Below are positions 49,901 to 63,498 of a DNA stretch of 64,000 bases, piece after piece. The notes beneath the pieces were generated by a model. The model searched no databases, was not told the DNA's origin, and worked only from the letters and a program-made list of their open reading frames with translations. Origin of the DNA: the human T2T-CHM13v2.0 reference genome, Homo sapiens. Each line of letters opens with the position of its first letter. Positions within the stretch are counted from its first letter, which is position 1. The stretch lies in assembly GCF_009914755.1 (NCBI RefSeq), contig NC_060928.1. One strand, written 5' to 3'. The position numbers were made by a program, and so were the translations under genes.

Positions 49901-52012
49901 ACCTGTTAACTCGGCAGCTGGTTCTTGTTCCAGTGCCTTCCGCTTATACAAGGTATCTTTGCTTTGCAGCTGGAGAGGTAAATACTTCCCCTGCTGTTCT
50001 GCCTTTGGTATAAATATTTAGCATAACACAGGAGACCCCATCTCAGGGTGTGTGCCTCGATCCCCTTCCTGCTGGTGACGCAGTTTAGAAAGTAATTGTG
50101 CCTCTCCCTTTCCATACTTGCCCATGTAAACCAAAGCTTTCTGCTTCTGGCTAAACGGAAAGTTTCAAGACAACCAGCCCCTAAAAAATTTAATGCTGCA
50201 TTTTCCTCCCCATGCTGAACTATGAAGAGGACACCTTACCACCTACCCTAAAACCAATCACATGCTTAAATAAACTAACAGTAAATAAAAATGTAAAATA
50301 TGTTTAAGGGACAAGAGTCTTCTTTTTTCCAACTCCTAGAGCTATTTCCCCACTTGTTTACCCATTAATAAGTCAGAATTCCCTCCCTAATTTTGGACTA
50401 TATGTTTCTCTCCTTAGCACTGATTACCATTTAACAACCTATATATTTTAATTACTTTGTATGTTGTCTGTTCGTAGCATCTCTAGTACAATAACTATAT
50501 TATTGGTCCAAACCCAGACACCTTGGGGAGTGAAAGGGGGCACTAATAGAAATGATCCCAAGACAAGAGGTGTCAATGGAAATGGTCCTGGGTAAGATGA
50601 AGGGACGGTCACTTTTGCTACAATGCAAGTTCCAAGCTCAGGGATCTGGGTCTGCCTTTTTTCACCCCGTGCCCCTCCTGTCCAGATACTTACGGACACA
50701 CCCATGGGTGCTCCCTGAGTCATGGTAGTTACCAGCGTGAGCTCTGAGTGGACTGCAGAGGGTCAAAGCTCTGGCTCCATCACCAGTTCGTTATGTTACT
50801 TCCTTGGGTAGTTTCCTTGAGCTCTATATGCTTTAATTTTCTCCTTTATCAGATGGCAATAACAAGAATAGTATCTACCGCACACGGCTATGTGAGAGTT
50901 AAATGAGGTCATCTACAGCAAAATGTCCAGCACAGCAGCCGGCACTTGGTAAGAGTGAGCACTCAATGACACCGGCTGCGATTGCTATGATCTGTCCTCC
51001 TGCGACTGTTTTAAGAAGGCATGTAAGGCAGATGGCTATGACACTGTCTACCCCGCACCCCTCTACATGGTGGTGGGAGGAGCTGCCTTTCATCAGTGGC
51101 ATGCCTGATCATGCCCATCTGACCCTGAAACAGGCCATTGGCCTGAGCCTGGAACTTGGGAGCAGCCTTCTTCCAGCGGCCAAAGGTGTAGGGGCTCCAT
51201 CCCAGCTGCAGTTGGCAGTCACGCTTCCGCTTCTGAGGAGGAAGCAGGCGCAGAAAAGGAGATGAGAGCTGAGGAGAGGCCTGGGCTCCTGGGCCCTGCT
51301 GTGGCTATTCCTGGGGCCCAGCTGCACTTCTGTCTCCCACGAGGGCTGCTCAACCAACTCTTCCCATAATCTATGAGCTGGAACCTGTCTTTGGAGCAAG
51401 CTACTTTGAGTGGCAACTGCAACCAAAAGGGTCCCAACAAGGGCAGTGTGTCCTGTTGACAGCCAAGAGCTGTGCTGGACAGAATCAACCTGCTAACATA
51501 CAATTGTTTAAAAAAGAGATGACAAGGAGGAGCAGCAGGCGAGAAACATTGATGGATGCTCACCTTGTGCCAGGCACTGCACATTGATGGATGCTCACCT
51601 TACGCCAGGCACCATACTGAGGCCTCTACTTGCATTGTCTCATTTGATCCTGACAGCTACACTATGCAGTGGGTACATATTTATCCCCATTTTATGGATG
51701 AGAACATTGAGACTCAAGACACTCAAAGGAGCCTTCCCAAAGCCTCACAATTAGTTTAGTGGACATCACTGCTAACTCCTAACAGCTCTTCCATCCCAAG
51801 TGATGAATCAAAGTCGATGAGTGTATAGCAGCCCCCTGGTGCGTGCTATTAGACCAGGAATGGGAGCAAGTCCTACACTGGCCCAGCCAGACTGGAAAGG
51901 AGGACTTATTTTCCATGGCTGCATTTTCTGCTTCTCTTGAGGGGAACCAGACACAGAAGGAAGCTGATACTAAATGTAAGAGGAAGCTGATGTGCTTAAG
52001 TCGGCAAAGTGG

Positions 52013-52210
52013 TAGAGTTGTCAGGTAAACTACAGAATGTCCAGTTACATTTGAATTTTAGATTAATAATGAATAATAATTTAATATAAGCCTATCCCCA
52101 AAATCACATGGCACACACTTTTGTACTTAAAAAACAATACAATTTTCTACATTCCTATCTGAAATTCAAATGTACCGGGTGCCCTGTATTTTTACTTGCT
52201 AAATTTGGCA
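52013..52210. mobile_element. MER53-like MITE within MLT1-like sequence
   Basis: quasi-palindromic: tttgaatttt...gaaattcaaa and tacag...ctgta. Confidence 0.6.
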
Positions 52211-52383
52211 CAGTGGAGAGAATGAGTACATGACAACTTCATGAAGCCATAAACCATCAAGTACTTAAAGCCCACATTACCTCTGAACTTCTCACTATGT
52301 AAGGTAATTAATTCGTTTATTGTTCAAGCAGTTTAGAATTTGTCACTTGCACCCTGAAGCATCCTATCTCGTGCAGCAATCAC

Positions 52384-53796
52384 TGGTTCCAACCCAGGCA
52401 GGGAGGCTGCAGAGCCCAAGCTTCCACCACTACACTCAGTCCTAAAGGGACAGAAACTTAATGCCGTATGAAAAGCTACAAAGCCAATGTTTAGGACGTT
52501 GAACTTATATTTTTAGAGCTGTAAGAATGCAGCTTAACAGACTTACTGGGATTGATCAGATTCTCTTCAGTTGATATAAATTTTTTATTATAAAGTTGTG
52601 GAATGTGAATTCCCCTAAAACTATAAAACTCCTTCATGAATACTAACTAACTCTAAAATAGCAGCAAAGGTGCTGCTTATAACCTCCAAAACCTCAAAAC
52701 CCAAAACACCTGGCAATTCAAGATTAAGAACTCCAATTTTTAAACATTAAAGATAAATTTCCCCATCCTGGCTAACACGGTGAAACCCCATCTCTACTAA
52801 AAATACAAAAAATTAGCCGGGCATGGTGGCGGGTGCCTGTAGTCCCAGCAACTCGGGGGGCTAAGGCAGGAGAATGTCATGAACCCAGGAGGCACAGCTT
52901 GCAGTGAGCTGAGATAGCGCCACCGCACTCCAGCCTGAGGGACAGAGTGAGACTCCCTCAAAAAAAAAAAAAAAAAAGATAAATTTCTACATTTTGTTTA
53001 GAAAAAAAGTCAATGAGCATCACAGAAAAATGTGACTTTAGATCAAACCTGGAGCATTATAAAATAATCCTGTAAGAAAGGAAGGGAGCGTATAAGTAAG
53101 CGTGCTGAATGAATGAATGAATGAATGGGTAACCATAGGACTGAGTTGGTCTCTGAGGATAAATGTGTGTGTGTTGGGCAAACTGTTCACCAGCATAAAA
53201 AAGTCTCAAGGCAATGACCCCATGGAATCAAGGAATTTACATGTGGTGCTGGTACAGCATCAATGAGCACAAGCAGGATGCTGGGTTAGCCACGACAGCT
53301 GGGAAGAGAGCAAATCATTCCTGGGTTGCTATCTGCATCCACCCATTTCAAAGTCCTGCTCAGGCACAGAGGCTTCCCTATAACGGGAAACACACAGCAT
53401 TAACATCACCATCATCTGGACTCCCTTCAAGTCCATAAAAAGCCGTCATTTAGGGCATGTCAGTACAGAACAACTATAAAGTTAAGGAAAGTTCTAACAA
53501 AGTTATATATGAAAATAGCTTGCTCTCTCATTCTCTCTCTCTCTCTCTCATAAATACATGTATAAGAGAGAGTGACTCAGTGGTTCCAACCCAGGCAGAA
53601 AGGCTGCAGAGCCCAAGCTCCCACCACCACACTCTCAATCCTAAAGGGACAGAAACTTAATGCCATTTTAAATGCTACAAAGCCAATGTTTATGTCATTG
53701 AACTTGTATTTTTAGAGCTGTAAGAATGCAGCTTAACAGACTTACTGGAATTCATCAGATTCTCCTTAGTCAATGTAAATTTTTTTTATTATAAAG
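52384..53796. repeat. Local direct duplication of ~215 bp (52384-52595 and 53581-53796)
   Basis: tggttccaacccaggcag...ttattataaag present twice, including identical blocks such as ttttagagctgtaagaatgcagcttaacagacttactgg. Confidence 0.92.
52763..52976 (+). mobile_element. 5'-truncated AluY
   Basis: starts at ccatcctggctaacacgg; 13-bp TSD aaagataaatttc at 52749-52761 and 52975-52987. Confidence 0.93.
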
Positions 53797-54259
53797 CCAC
53801 AGAACATATCTATCTATGAGAGAGAGAGACACCAAGTTAATCTATAAATTTAACAAAACCCCTATCAAAATACCAATAGGATTTGTGTGAGAAGGATCGG
53901 AGAAGAACTTGATGAAATGTTTCTAGGTTTTATCTGAGAAAAGTAACATATAAGAAACCTCTGAAAAGGAAGAGCAAAGTGAAGAAGGTTAGCCCAAAAA
54001 GATATTAGAAGTATTATAAAGCAAAACAATAAGAATAATGTGGTAGAGCCACAGGACTTTTCAGGGAGCTCAAAGGAACAGAACAGAGAGTTAAGAAGCA
54101 GATCCACATATATATAAGGATTTGATGATAAAAATGTGCATGTAAAACCATTGGTTTGGTCAATAAACAGTGTTGGCCACCGTGCAGGAGAAAAGAAAGT
54201 AAAGGCATGTGAATTTTAATGGAAGATGGCTTTTAAGAGTGTGAAGTGGCAGAACCTAA

Positions 54260-55291
54260 ACAGAACAGTATGCACCCACAGAATGGCATGCAGCCACCAA
54301 ATATTATGTACCTACCAAATGGTATACACCCACTAAACATTATGTACCCACGGAATGGCATTTACCCGCCAAATGGTATCTATCACCCCCTGAATATTAT
54401 GCACCCACAGAATGGTATGCACCCACCAAATGGTATGCACCCACAGAAGAGCATGCACCCATAGAATGACATGCACCCACTGAATGGTATGCACCTGCAG
54501 AATGGTATGTACCCACTGAACAGTATGCACCCAGAAAACAGTATGACCCACTGAATGGTATGCACCCACAGAATGGTATGAACCCACTGAACAGTATGCA
54601 CCCACTAAATGGTATGTACCCACAAAACAGCATGCACCCGCCAAATGGTATGCACCCACAGAACAGCAGGCACCCACAGAATGGTATGCACCCACAGAAT
54701 GGTATGCACCCACAGAACAGTATGCACTCACCAAATGGTATGCACCCATAGAAGACTATACAGCCACAGAATGATAGGCACCTACCAAGTGGTATGTGTC
54801 CATTGAATGGTATGCACCCACTGAACAGTATGTAACTACTGAACAGTATGCACCCATAGAACAGTATGACCCACTGAATGGTATGCACCCACTGAACAGT
54901 ATGCACCCACCAAGTGGTATGCACCCACCAAATGGTATGCACCCACCAAATGGTGTGCACCCACAGAACAGCAGGCACCCACAGAATGGTATGCACCCAA
55001 CAAATGGTATGCACCCACTGAATGGTATGCATCCACAGAATGGTATGTACCCACAGAACAGTATGCACCCACAGAATGGTATGCACCCACAGAACAGTAT
55101 GCACCCACCAAATGGTATGTACCCATAGGAGAGTATACAGCCACAGAATGATATGCACCTACCAAGTGGTATGTGTCCACTGAATGGTATGCACCCACTA
55201 AACAGTATATATCCACTGAACAGTATGCACCCACAGAACAGTATGCACCCAACAAATGTTATATGCCCACAGCACGTGCCCACTGAACAGT
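54260..55291. repeat. 18-bp minisatellite/VNTR, ~57 units, consensus AAYRGTATGCACCCACWG
   Basis: repeated aatggtatgcacccacag / aacagtatgcacccactg / aatggtatgcacccacca; gives hexapeptide-repeat ORFs in several frames. Confidence 0.97.
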
Positions 55292-55579
55292 AGGTAGCTC
55301 AAGTCCTGTAACCATGTGCCCTCAACTCTATCTCCCATCAGGATTCCCAACATGAAAGGGAATGCAGTCAACTGGTGTACCTCCCCCAACCAGACTTCAC
55401 TGGGTTTCCTTCACTCCACTCCGAATTTCTCTTTGCAGTTGGAATCTCTACCTACTCCTCCCAATAACAGAAAGAATTCCAGGAAATTAAAGGAAGTTCT
55501 CTACATTTTGAGATTCCCTGATCCTCCCAATTGCTGCTAGGTATCAATAAAAAAATCTGAGATCAGAAATAAGTCTTAC

Positions 55580-55618
55580 CTGTTTCCTTTTTTCAGGAGG
55601 AAGTGATGGATCTCCATC
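55580..55618 (-). CDS. CCDC149: CCDC149 39-nt coding exon (DGDPSLPPEKRKQ), phase 0-0
   Basis: acceptor tttctttgtag, donor CAG|GTAAGA; in frame with flanking exons. Confidence 0.9.
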
Positions 55619-56177
55619 CTACAAAGAAACAAATGCTGCATTTTACTCTTTTAGAAAAATAGATGTACTTAGAAACAAGAAGTTGAACTAAATTATGAAC
55701 CTAAATGTAGACTCTCCCCACCCTCCCCACCCTGCAGCCAGTAATGTGCTGAAGCAAGCTCAAATATACTTTAAAAAAATAACTACAAACTGAACCAGAG
55801 TTATTTTGGAAAAACCTCTAGGGAATCAGTTCCCATTAGGACCAAATCTATATATTTCCTAAAATTGTTTGAACACAAAAACTGGATTTGTCAAAATTCT
55901 TTTTGATCACAGCCTAAACTGAAATAATATTTCATTTGGTTTGAGTTCCTCTTTTAAATAGTTAGAACCAAAGGAACAGTGATGGGGACACACATACACA
56001 TATAGAGAGAGAGGAAAAGAGAGAGAAAGAGAGAGACAGAGAAAGAGAGAGTTTTCTCTGTGGGCAGAACAATCAGTGTTGGGAGGGACAGTATTTGCTC
56101 AAAGTTAAGAAGACATTGAGAACTTCTAGTCCTATTAGATTTGTTTTTTTTTTTTTTTTTTGCCTTAAAAGGATTCT

Positions 56178-56591
<414 letters not shown>

Positions 56592-56905
56592 TCAACACGA
56601 TTTTAACCTGAGGAATCTATTCTATTCTATTTCTACTCCAGGGCAGTTTAATAATGCCAGCACAGATAGTTAAATGTCAGTAATAGTGTCCCACTTAAAA
56701 AAGAGATCGCCTCAAAAGCAGCAAGAATGAAAACTAGCATTATGCAGTTGGCATTCTCCATTTCAGTATCATTTGCATCTTAAACGTTTTGCCATATAAA
56801 AACCTAGAGAAAATAAAAAAGCGCAGGATACGAGAAAGGTTACAAAAATTATGGATATGTCCACACCGTGTATTACCATGCAACTGTTTAAAAGACTGAG
56901 TTAAA

Positions 56906-57243
<338 letters not shown>

Positions 57244-57382
57244 CTAGAAATCTGGATGATTCAAATCTGGATGAGTTAGATCTGTAGGCCTAGAAAGATG
57301 TCCAAAATAAAGTGCTGAGGGAAAACAGCATGTTTTATTATTTTTAAAAATAAATTTGGAATTTATTTTATTTCTCCATGAA

Positions 57383-57512
57383 TTTTTTTTTTTTTTTGAG
57401 AAGGGTTCTCTCTATGTTGCTCAGCTTGGTCTCAAACTCCTGGGCTCAAGCAATCCTCTCATCTCAACCTCTCAAAGTAATTGGGATTACAGGTGTGTCA
57501 CTGCATTTGGCT
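57383..57512 (-). mobile_element. FLAM / Alu left monomer
   Basis: single diverged arm with T tract. Confidence 0.8.
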
Positions 57513-57761
57513 TAATGTAACTCTCTGCAAGGATGGCAATGCTGTCTGTATACACTGTCCAATACAGTAGCCATCAGTCACATGAGCCCATGAAATGTGA
57601 CATTGAGACTGAGCAATAGAGTCTCCTATTTTACTTAATTCTAATTAATTTAAAACTAAGTAGCCACCTGTAGCTAGTGGCCTCTGTATTACTGTAGACT
57701 TATGAATCCTCTTTTTAAAGAACTCTATATAATTAAATTAACAAGTAAACAGTCACACATA

Positions 57762-58113
57762 CAGTAGTCCCCACCTGTCCTCAGTTTCAGGTACCTGAGA
57801 TCAACCATGGTCCAAACATGTTAAATAGAAAATTTCAACAATAAATAATTTATAAATTTTGAATTGCATGCTGTTCTGAGTCGTGTGATGAAATCTTGCA
57901 CCATTCCCCTCCATCCCACCTGGGATGTGAATCACCCCTTCATCCAGGGTATCCACGATGCCTACGTGGTGCACTCGCTAGTCACTTAGGAGCTGGTTTG
58001 GCTATGAGATTAAAAAAACAACAGTATATGTAGGGTTTCCTACTATCTGTGGTTTCAGGCATCCACTGGGGATCTTGAAACTTGTCTCCCTTGGATAAGC
58101 CAGGAGCCTACTG
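57762..58113 (+). mobile_element. MER44A-like MITE
   Basis: cagtagtcccc ... ggataagccaggagcctactg; similar to the ends of the 29891 element. Confidence 0.7.
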
Positions 58114-58168
58114 CAAACACACATGAATATGTTCACAGATGCCAGAGCAAGAAGCATATACATACACA

Positions 58169-58171
<3 letters not shown>

Positions 58172-58234
<63 letters not shown>
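58172..58234. repeat. (CA)~23(GA)~7 microsatellite
   Basis: read directly from sequence. Confidence 0.95.
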
Positions 58235-58412
58235 TTAACTTGTGAGTGGGACTGGGTTGTTGAGGAAATAGAGGTGGTGACTTTTACTTCTAAATTTTTC
58301 CACTTTGAACTGTTTGCATTTAACCATTTCTAAAGAAACAGCATGTGAAAATCTCTTTATATCTTAATTCAGGGAACAGGAAAGTCGCTGAACAGGGCAG
58401 CCTAACACTTAC

Positions 58413-58574
58413 AATCAGCTCTCGGTACTTCTTCTTCAGTGACTGGTGGCGCTCCCGGAGCTGATTGGCCATGAGTTTGTACTGGTCCCTTTCCTGTTGA
58501 CAGGTGTCCAGCTCCTTGGAGAGGATCAGCAGGGCTTCCTTCTTACTCTCCAGCTTCCTCTTACACACCAGGTA
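58413..58574 (-). CDS. CCDC149: CCDC149 coding exon (YLVCKRKLESKKEALLILSKELDTCQQERDQYKLMANQLRERHQSLKKKYRELI), phase 0-0
   Basis: 162 nt; acceptor tttgctttgcag, donor ATT|GTAAGT; coiled-coil peptide inside ORF 58320..58679; peptide recognised as CCDC149. Confidence 0.93.
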
Positions 58575-59020
58575 CTGCAAAGCAAACAAATCCAGGCAAT
58601 GGGTCAAAAACATCCATGGGCCTCCATTAAACACACACCGTACTTCACACACCCTGTGGGGAATTTTTGCCATTCTCATTTTTAGAGCTCATGTGCCGAG
58701 AGAGACATTTTTCAGCAAATGACATGTACTTCAGGCTTCTACAGTGCTAACATGCAGTGCCCTCATGACAGAACCTAAACCTTGGACAAGTAAGTTAAAA
58801 AGCAGAACGTTTTAAAAAGTTGCATAAATGGGTAAACAGGTAGACAGCTGGACTCCAATTTTGTTTAAAAAGGATTTATATATCCAGATAAGATTATGTA
58901 AAATTTTATTAAGATATTTAATAAAAATTTTATTAAAATGTTACTAACGATAATCTCTTGGTAGTAAAATTATTTACCCAGGTTTCAAAATTTTTCTTGA
59001 TGCTTTTCTGTGTTTTCTAA

Positions 59021-59360
<340 letters not shown>

Positions 59361-61107
59361 TAGTTTTTATTGTAAAAAAAAAATGCCCAAAAAGTTATTA
59401 AAAATAATTGAACCATAAATTACCACAATAGATTGCACCTGCCCACCAAACCCAGCAGCTATTTTCTCACTTGCAAATTCATCCACTAACATGGCCCTGA
59501 TGCGTTTAACTTTTCCTATGATTCAAATGCAGGCACTCCCCATCCAGAGACCAATCTTAGGAGCTAAGTATTTTAGCCACATTTTGAATTCTCCCAAACA
59601 AGTTGAGTACACCTGGTTGGAATTCTTGCCTCAGAGTTATGAGATTTCTTCATCCTTCCCTCTGCTCTCTCTCCTGCACCACGAACCACCCTCACCTAAG
59701 TCTGACCCACCATACTGGCCAGCGTGGGCCCGAACAGGACTCTTCACTTTTTACTGGATATATTGCACCGTCTAGTATTATTCACATATGTGAAATGTGG
59801 CACTAAATACCTTTGGAATTTGCCCTGTAAAAGACCAAATTCAGAGCATTCATGAAAACAATTTATAGTTTCATTATACACTCTGACATGAGTACTTTGT
59901 CATTATGGACGCTCACACAAAGCAGAGCGAGAATCAGCACTCCCATTCCACTGGAGTCAATGCTCTTTTATGGACAAAAAGCATTACTCATATATAGTGC
60001 TTGCTAGGAACTGACTTTGTTAAGTTCAATTTCAAATAAATGAAAGGGAGAAAAAGAGAGTTTTGTGCATTTGCACAATTTTTTTTCCTAAAAAAAAAAA
60101 AAAAAAAAAAAGAAAGTAATTGCTTAGCTTCAAAAACAAAGGGGAAAGAAAAGGCATTCTGAGACGGATTTGAGTTCTAAAAAAGGACACTTCCACCTTG
60201 GATGAATTTTATTCCTGGCAGTAATGAGGTTGGAATCCTGCCTTAAAATGTCCTGGATTTTGAGACGTTGACATCGTCTTCATGGAGGCAAAATGGTTCT
60301 GTTGCCACAGTGATTTCTCAAGAGTAAAATCCCCAATGAGTAAATATCAGAGGAGAGTGGCTCAGAAACCCAAACTGCAGTGTCCTCAGGGGCGTATTGA
60401 GATTTCACAGGAAAAATACCATTTACACACAATTTAACACATCTGCCCTTGTTCCTCCAGTTCTTTTCCCGTAATCAGCACCCTTGGTTGTCAGCACTGT
60501 GAGTATCGGTGACCCAAAGACAGTCACCTTTATCCCTTCAATTTATCAGATTCAAACCTGAGGCCCCAAAGACACTCGTGCCTTCCGACTTAGGGGACAA
60601 AAATCCTCATGCATGAAGACATTGGAAGCTGCAGTAGGTAAGCTCCGCGGGAACATCCCGCCTATTGAAGGGTAACAGGTAAGGGCTGCTGCTGACTGTC
60701 AAAGTGGAAATTCAAGTTCCTTGACCTTGAACAGCTCTCTGTTAGGGTCCAAGAGAAAAGCCATTTCACTCACAAGGCACGGTCCAAATAGGGCCATGAA
60801 AGCTGTGAAGGGCAGTAAAACGCCTCCCTTGCTTCTGGGTCTGAGATACCTGGTAGAAAACAGGCACAGAGGCCTCTGCTGAGACCCACTGGCCCGGGAT
60901 TTGAAGAGCAGAAGCTCTGTAGGTCCCAATAATTTTACGCCATGTTATTTATTTTTATCAGCAGGACAAACCTTAGGCTGAAGCCTCATTTGTAAAGTAG
61001 CTCGAAGCAGAGCTCTGGCTGAAGGTGAGACATCTTCCCTGTAGTTCTGCCATACCCTGGCACAAGTCTTTGGCATCTATAAGGAACCCTAGAAAACACT
61101 GCTCTCT

Positions 61108-61783
<676 letters not shown>

Positions 61784-61964
61784 TTAGAACCAACTAAAAT
61801 GGTCTGGAGGGACTGAGAGGCCACAGATAGCCCACAAGTTCAGAAGCAAGGAACAGTCTCAGAGCCATTCCGGTGAGTGTCTGTGCCATCTTTTGTAGCT
61901 TTTGGGATTCTAAACAAGTACAAACATGGACTACATTTTACTGCCTCTAGCCAAAAATCTTATA

Positions 61965-62300
61965 CAGTCATGTAGTACATAACAACACTTTAGTCAATGG
62001 CAGACTGCATATATGATAGTGGTCCTACCATAGAAAGGTGGTGGTACCTTTTCTATGTTTAGATACGTTTAGATACACAAATATGTATCATTGTGTTACA
62101 ATTGCCTTGTATTCAGTACAGTAACGTGCTGCATACATTTGTAGCCTAGGAGCAACAGGCTGTACCACATACGCTAGGCATGCAGTACGCTGTGCCATCT
62201 AGGTTTGTGTAAGTACACTCTATGATGTTCACACAATGACGAAATCGCCTAGCGGCACACTTCTCAGAAAGCAACCCCGTCATTAAGTGACACATGACTG
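61965..62300 (-). mobile_element. Tigger3a-like MITE
   Basis: TIR cagtcatgt ... acatgactg with TA flanks. Confidence 0.8.
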
Positions 62301-63094
62301 TATATGCATGTCTCATCAAAACAACAATAGAAAACTCTAGGAAGTGGGGAGAAGGGAGTGTTGGAGAATGAGGTGAAATTTCTTGGCCTCATTCTAAAAA
62401 AGTAAAAGTGTATTCCCTGTAATGACAGCTGTTAAAATGTCCCATTTTTTATCCCTGTGATTGGAAACAAACAACAAAAAACTAGAGAGAAAAAGGTCAT
62501 GAAGATCCTTCTTAGTGGGCAGCTTTGAATAACCAGCAAATATAAGGCTGGGGCATTAGAAGGAACCCAAATTAGAATGGAAAACCAGACAAGCTAAGTC
62601 ACTGTGCTCAGGCTATTTAGGCTCCCAGAGGAAGATCAGTAACTATAGATAGCAGATCCAGCAATGGGCTCATCATGAACTGCAGGTACCTTGGGAAAGC
62701 CATAATACAAAAGGACCAAAAGAACGCACACTCCCCAGGACTCGTTTCCACACCTGGAAGATGAGGGGGTTCCCAGGGCACTCACCACCTTGAGGAACCC
62801 ACGATTTCAACACCACTGTCGAATATCACTGGATGTAAAAAGTGCAGGAGAAAGCACGGGGTAAGGGCTCCAGTCCAGAAGGTACGACTCACTTTGAGCA
62901 CCCAAAACTTGCTTTCTCTGCCTTGTCTAAGACAGAGCTGGCTCGATGATTTCCAAAGACTGTCTGTGGCCAGAGTATTTCCAGAATCTCTGGACAGTCA
63001 CTTGGTGGGACAGGGTGCTGGGACTGAAGCTGCGTTTGTAGCAGCAATTTATCATAGAGTGAGAAAAGGCCAAACGTCTATTGGGTCAATATTC

Positions 63095-63498
63095 ATGGCT
63101 CTTGCTAATATTTCTAGTTCTCCTTTCCTTCCAGGCATGTGGCAGGACGGTCCATCCCCATTGCTTTTGGGTAAAGCAGAAACATGGACCCTGCTTTGCC
63201 CGATAAAATGGGATTGGAAGGGATGTGAGTTGCTTCAGAAGGAAGGCACTTGAGAGGGGAGGTGAGAATTGCTGGGCTTTCTCCTTCCCTGCAGCAACAA
63301 TGGTGGAAGCACAGGTTGCTATAGGGTTGCCACAGGATAACAGAGCTTGGAGGGGCAAGCACAGCAGACAACTGCCTGGAGAGCCATTCGGGTCCACAGA
63401 GAACTTTGTGTGATCCAGAAAAAAATTATTGGTGTGTCAAAGTACTGAGATTTGAGGGTTTGTTACTGAAGCATAACTCAACCCATCCTGACTCATAT
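63095..63498 (+). mobile_element. MaLR LTR (old MLT1)
   Basis: 3' end actgagatttgagggtttgttactgaagcataac...catcctgact typical of MLT1. Confidence 0.6.

Noticed and set aside
54260-55291. CRISPR-like array or a standalone repeat-protein gene
   Set aside because: The units are head to tail with no unique spacers and no cas genes nearby. The ORFs follow trivially from an 18-bp period with few stops in an intron.
58900-58940. AT-rich palindrome ttttattaa-gatat-ttaataaaa
   Set aside because: Short, and expected by chance in AT-rich decayed sequence.
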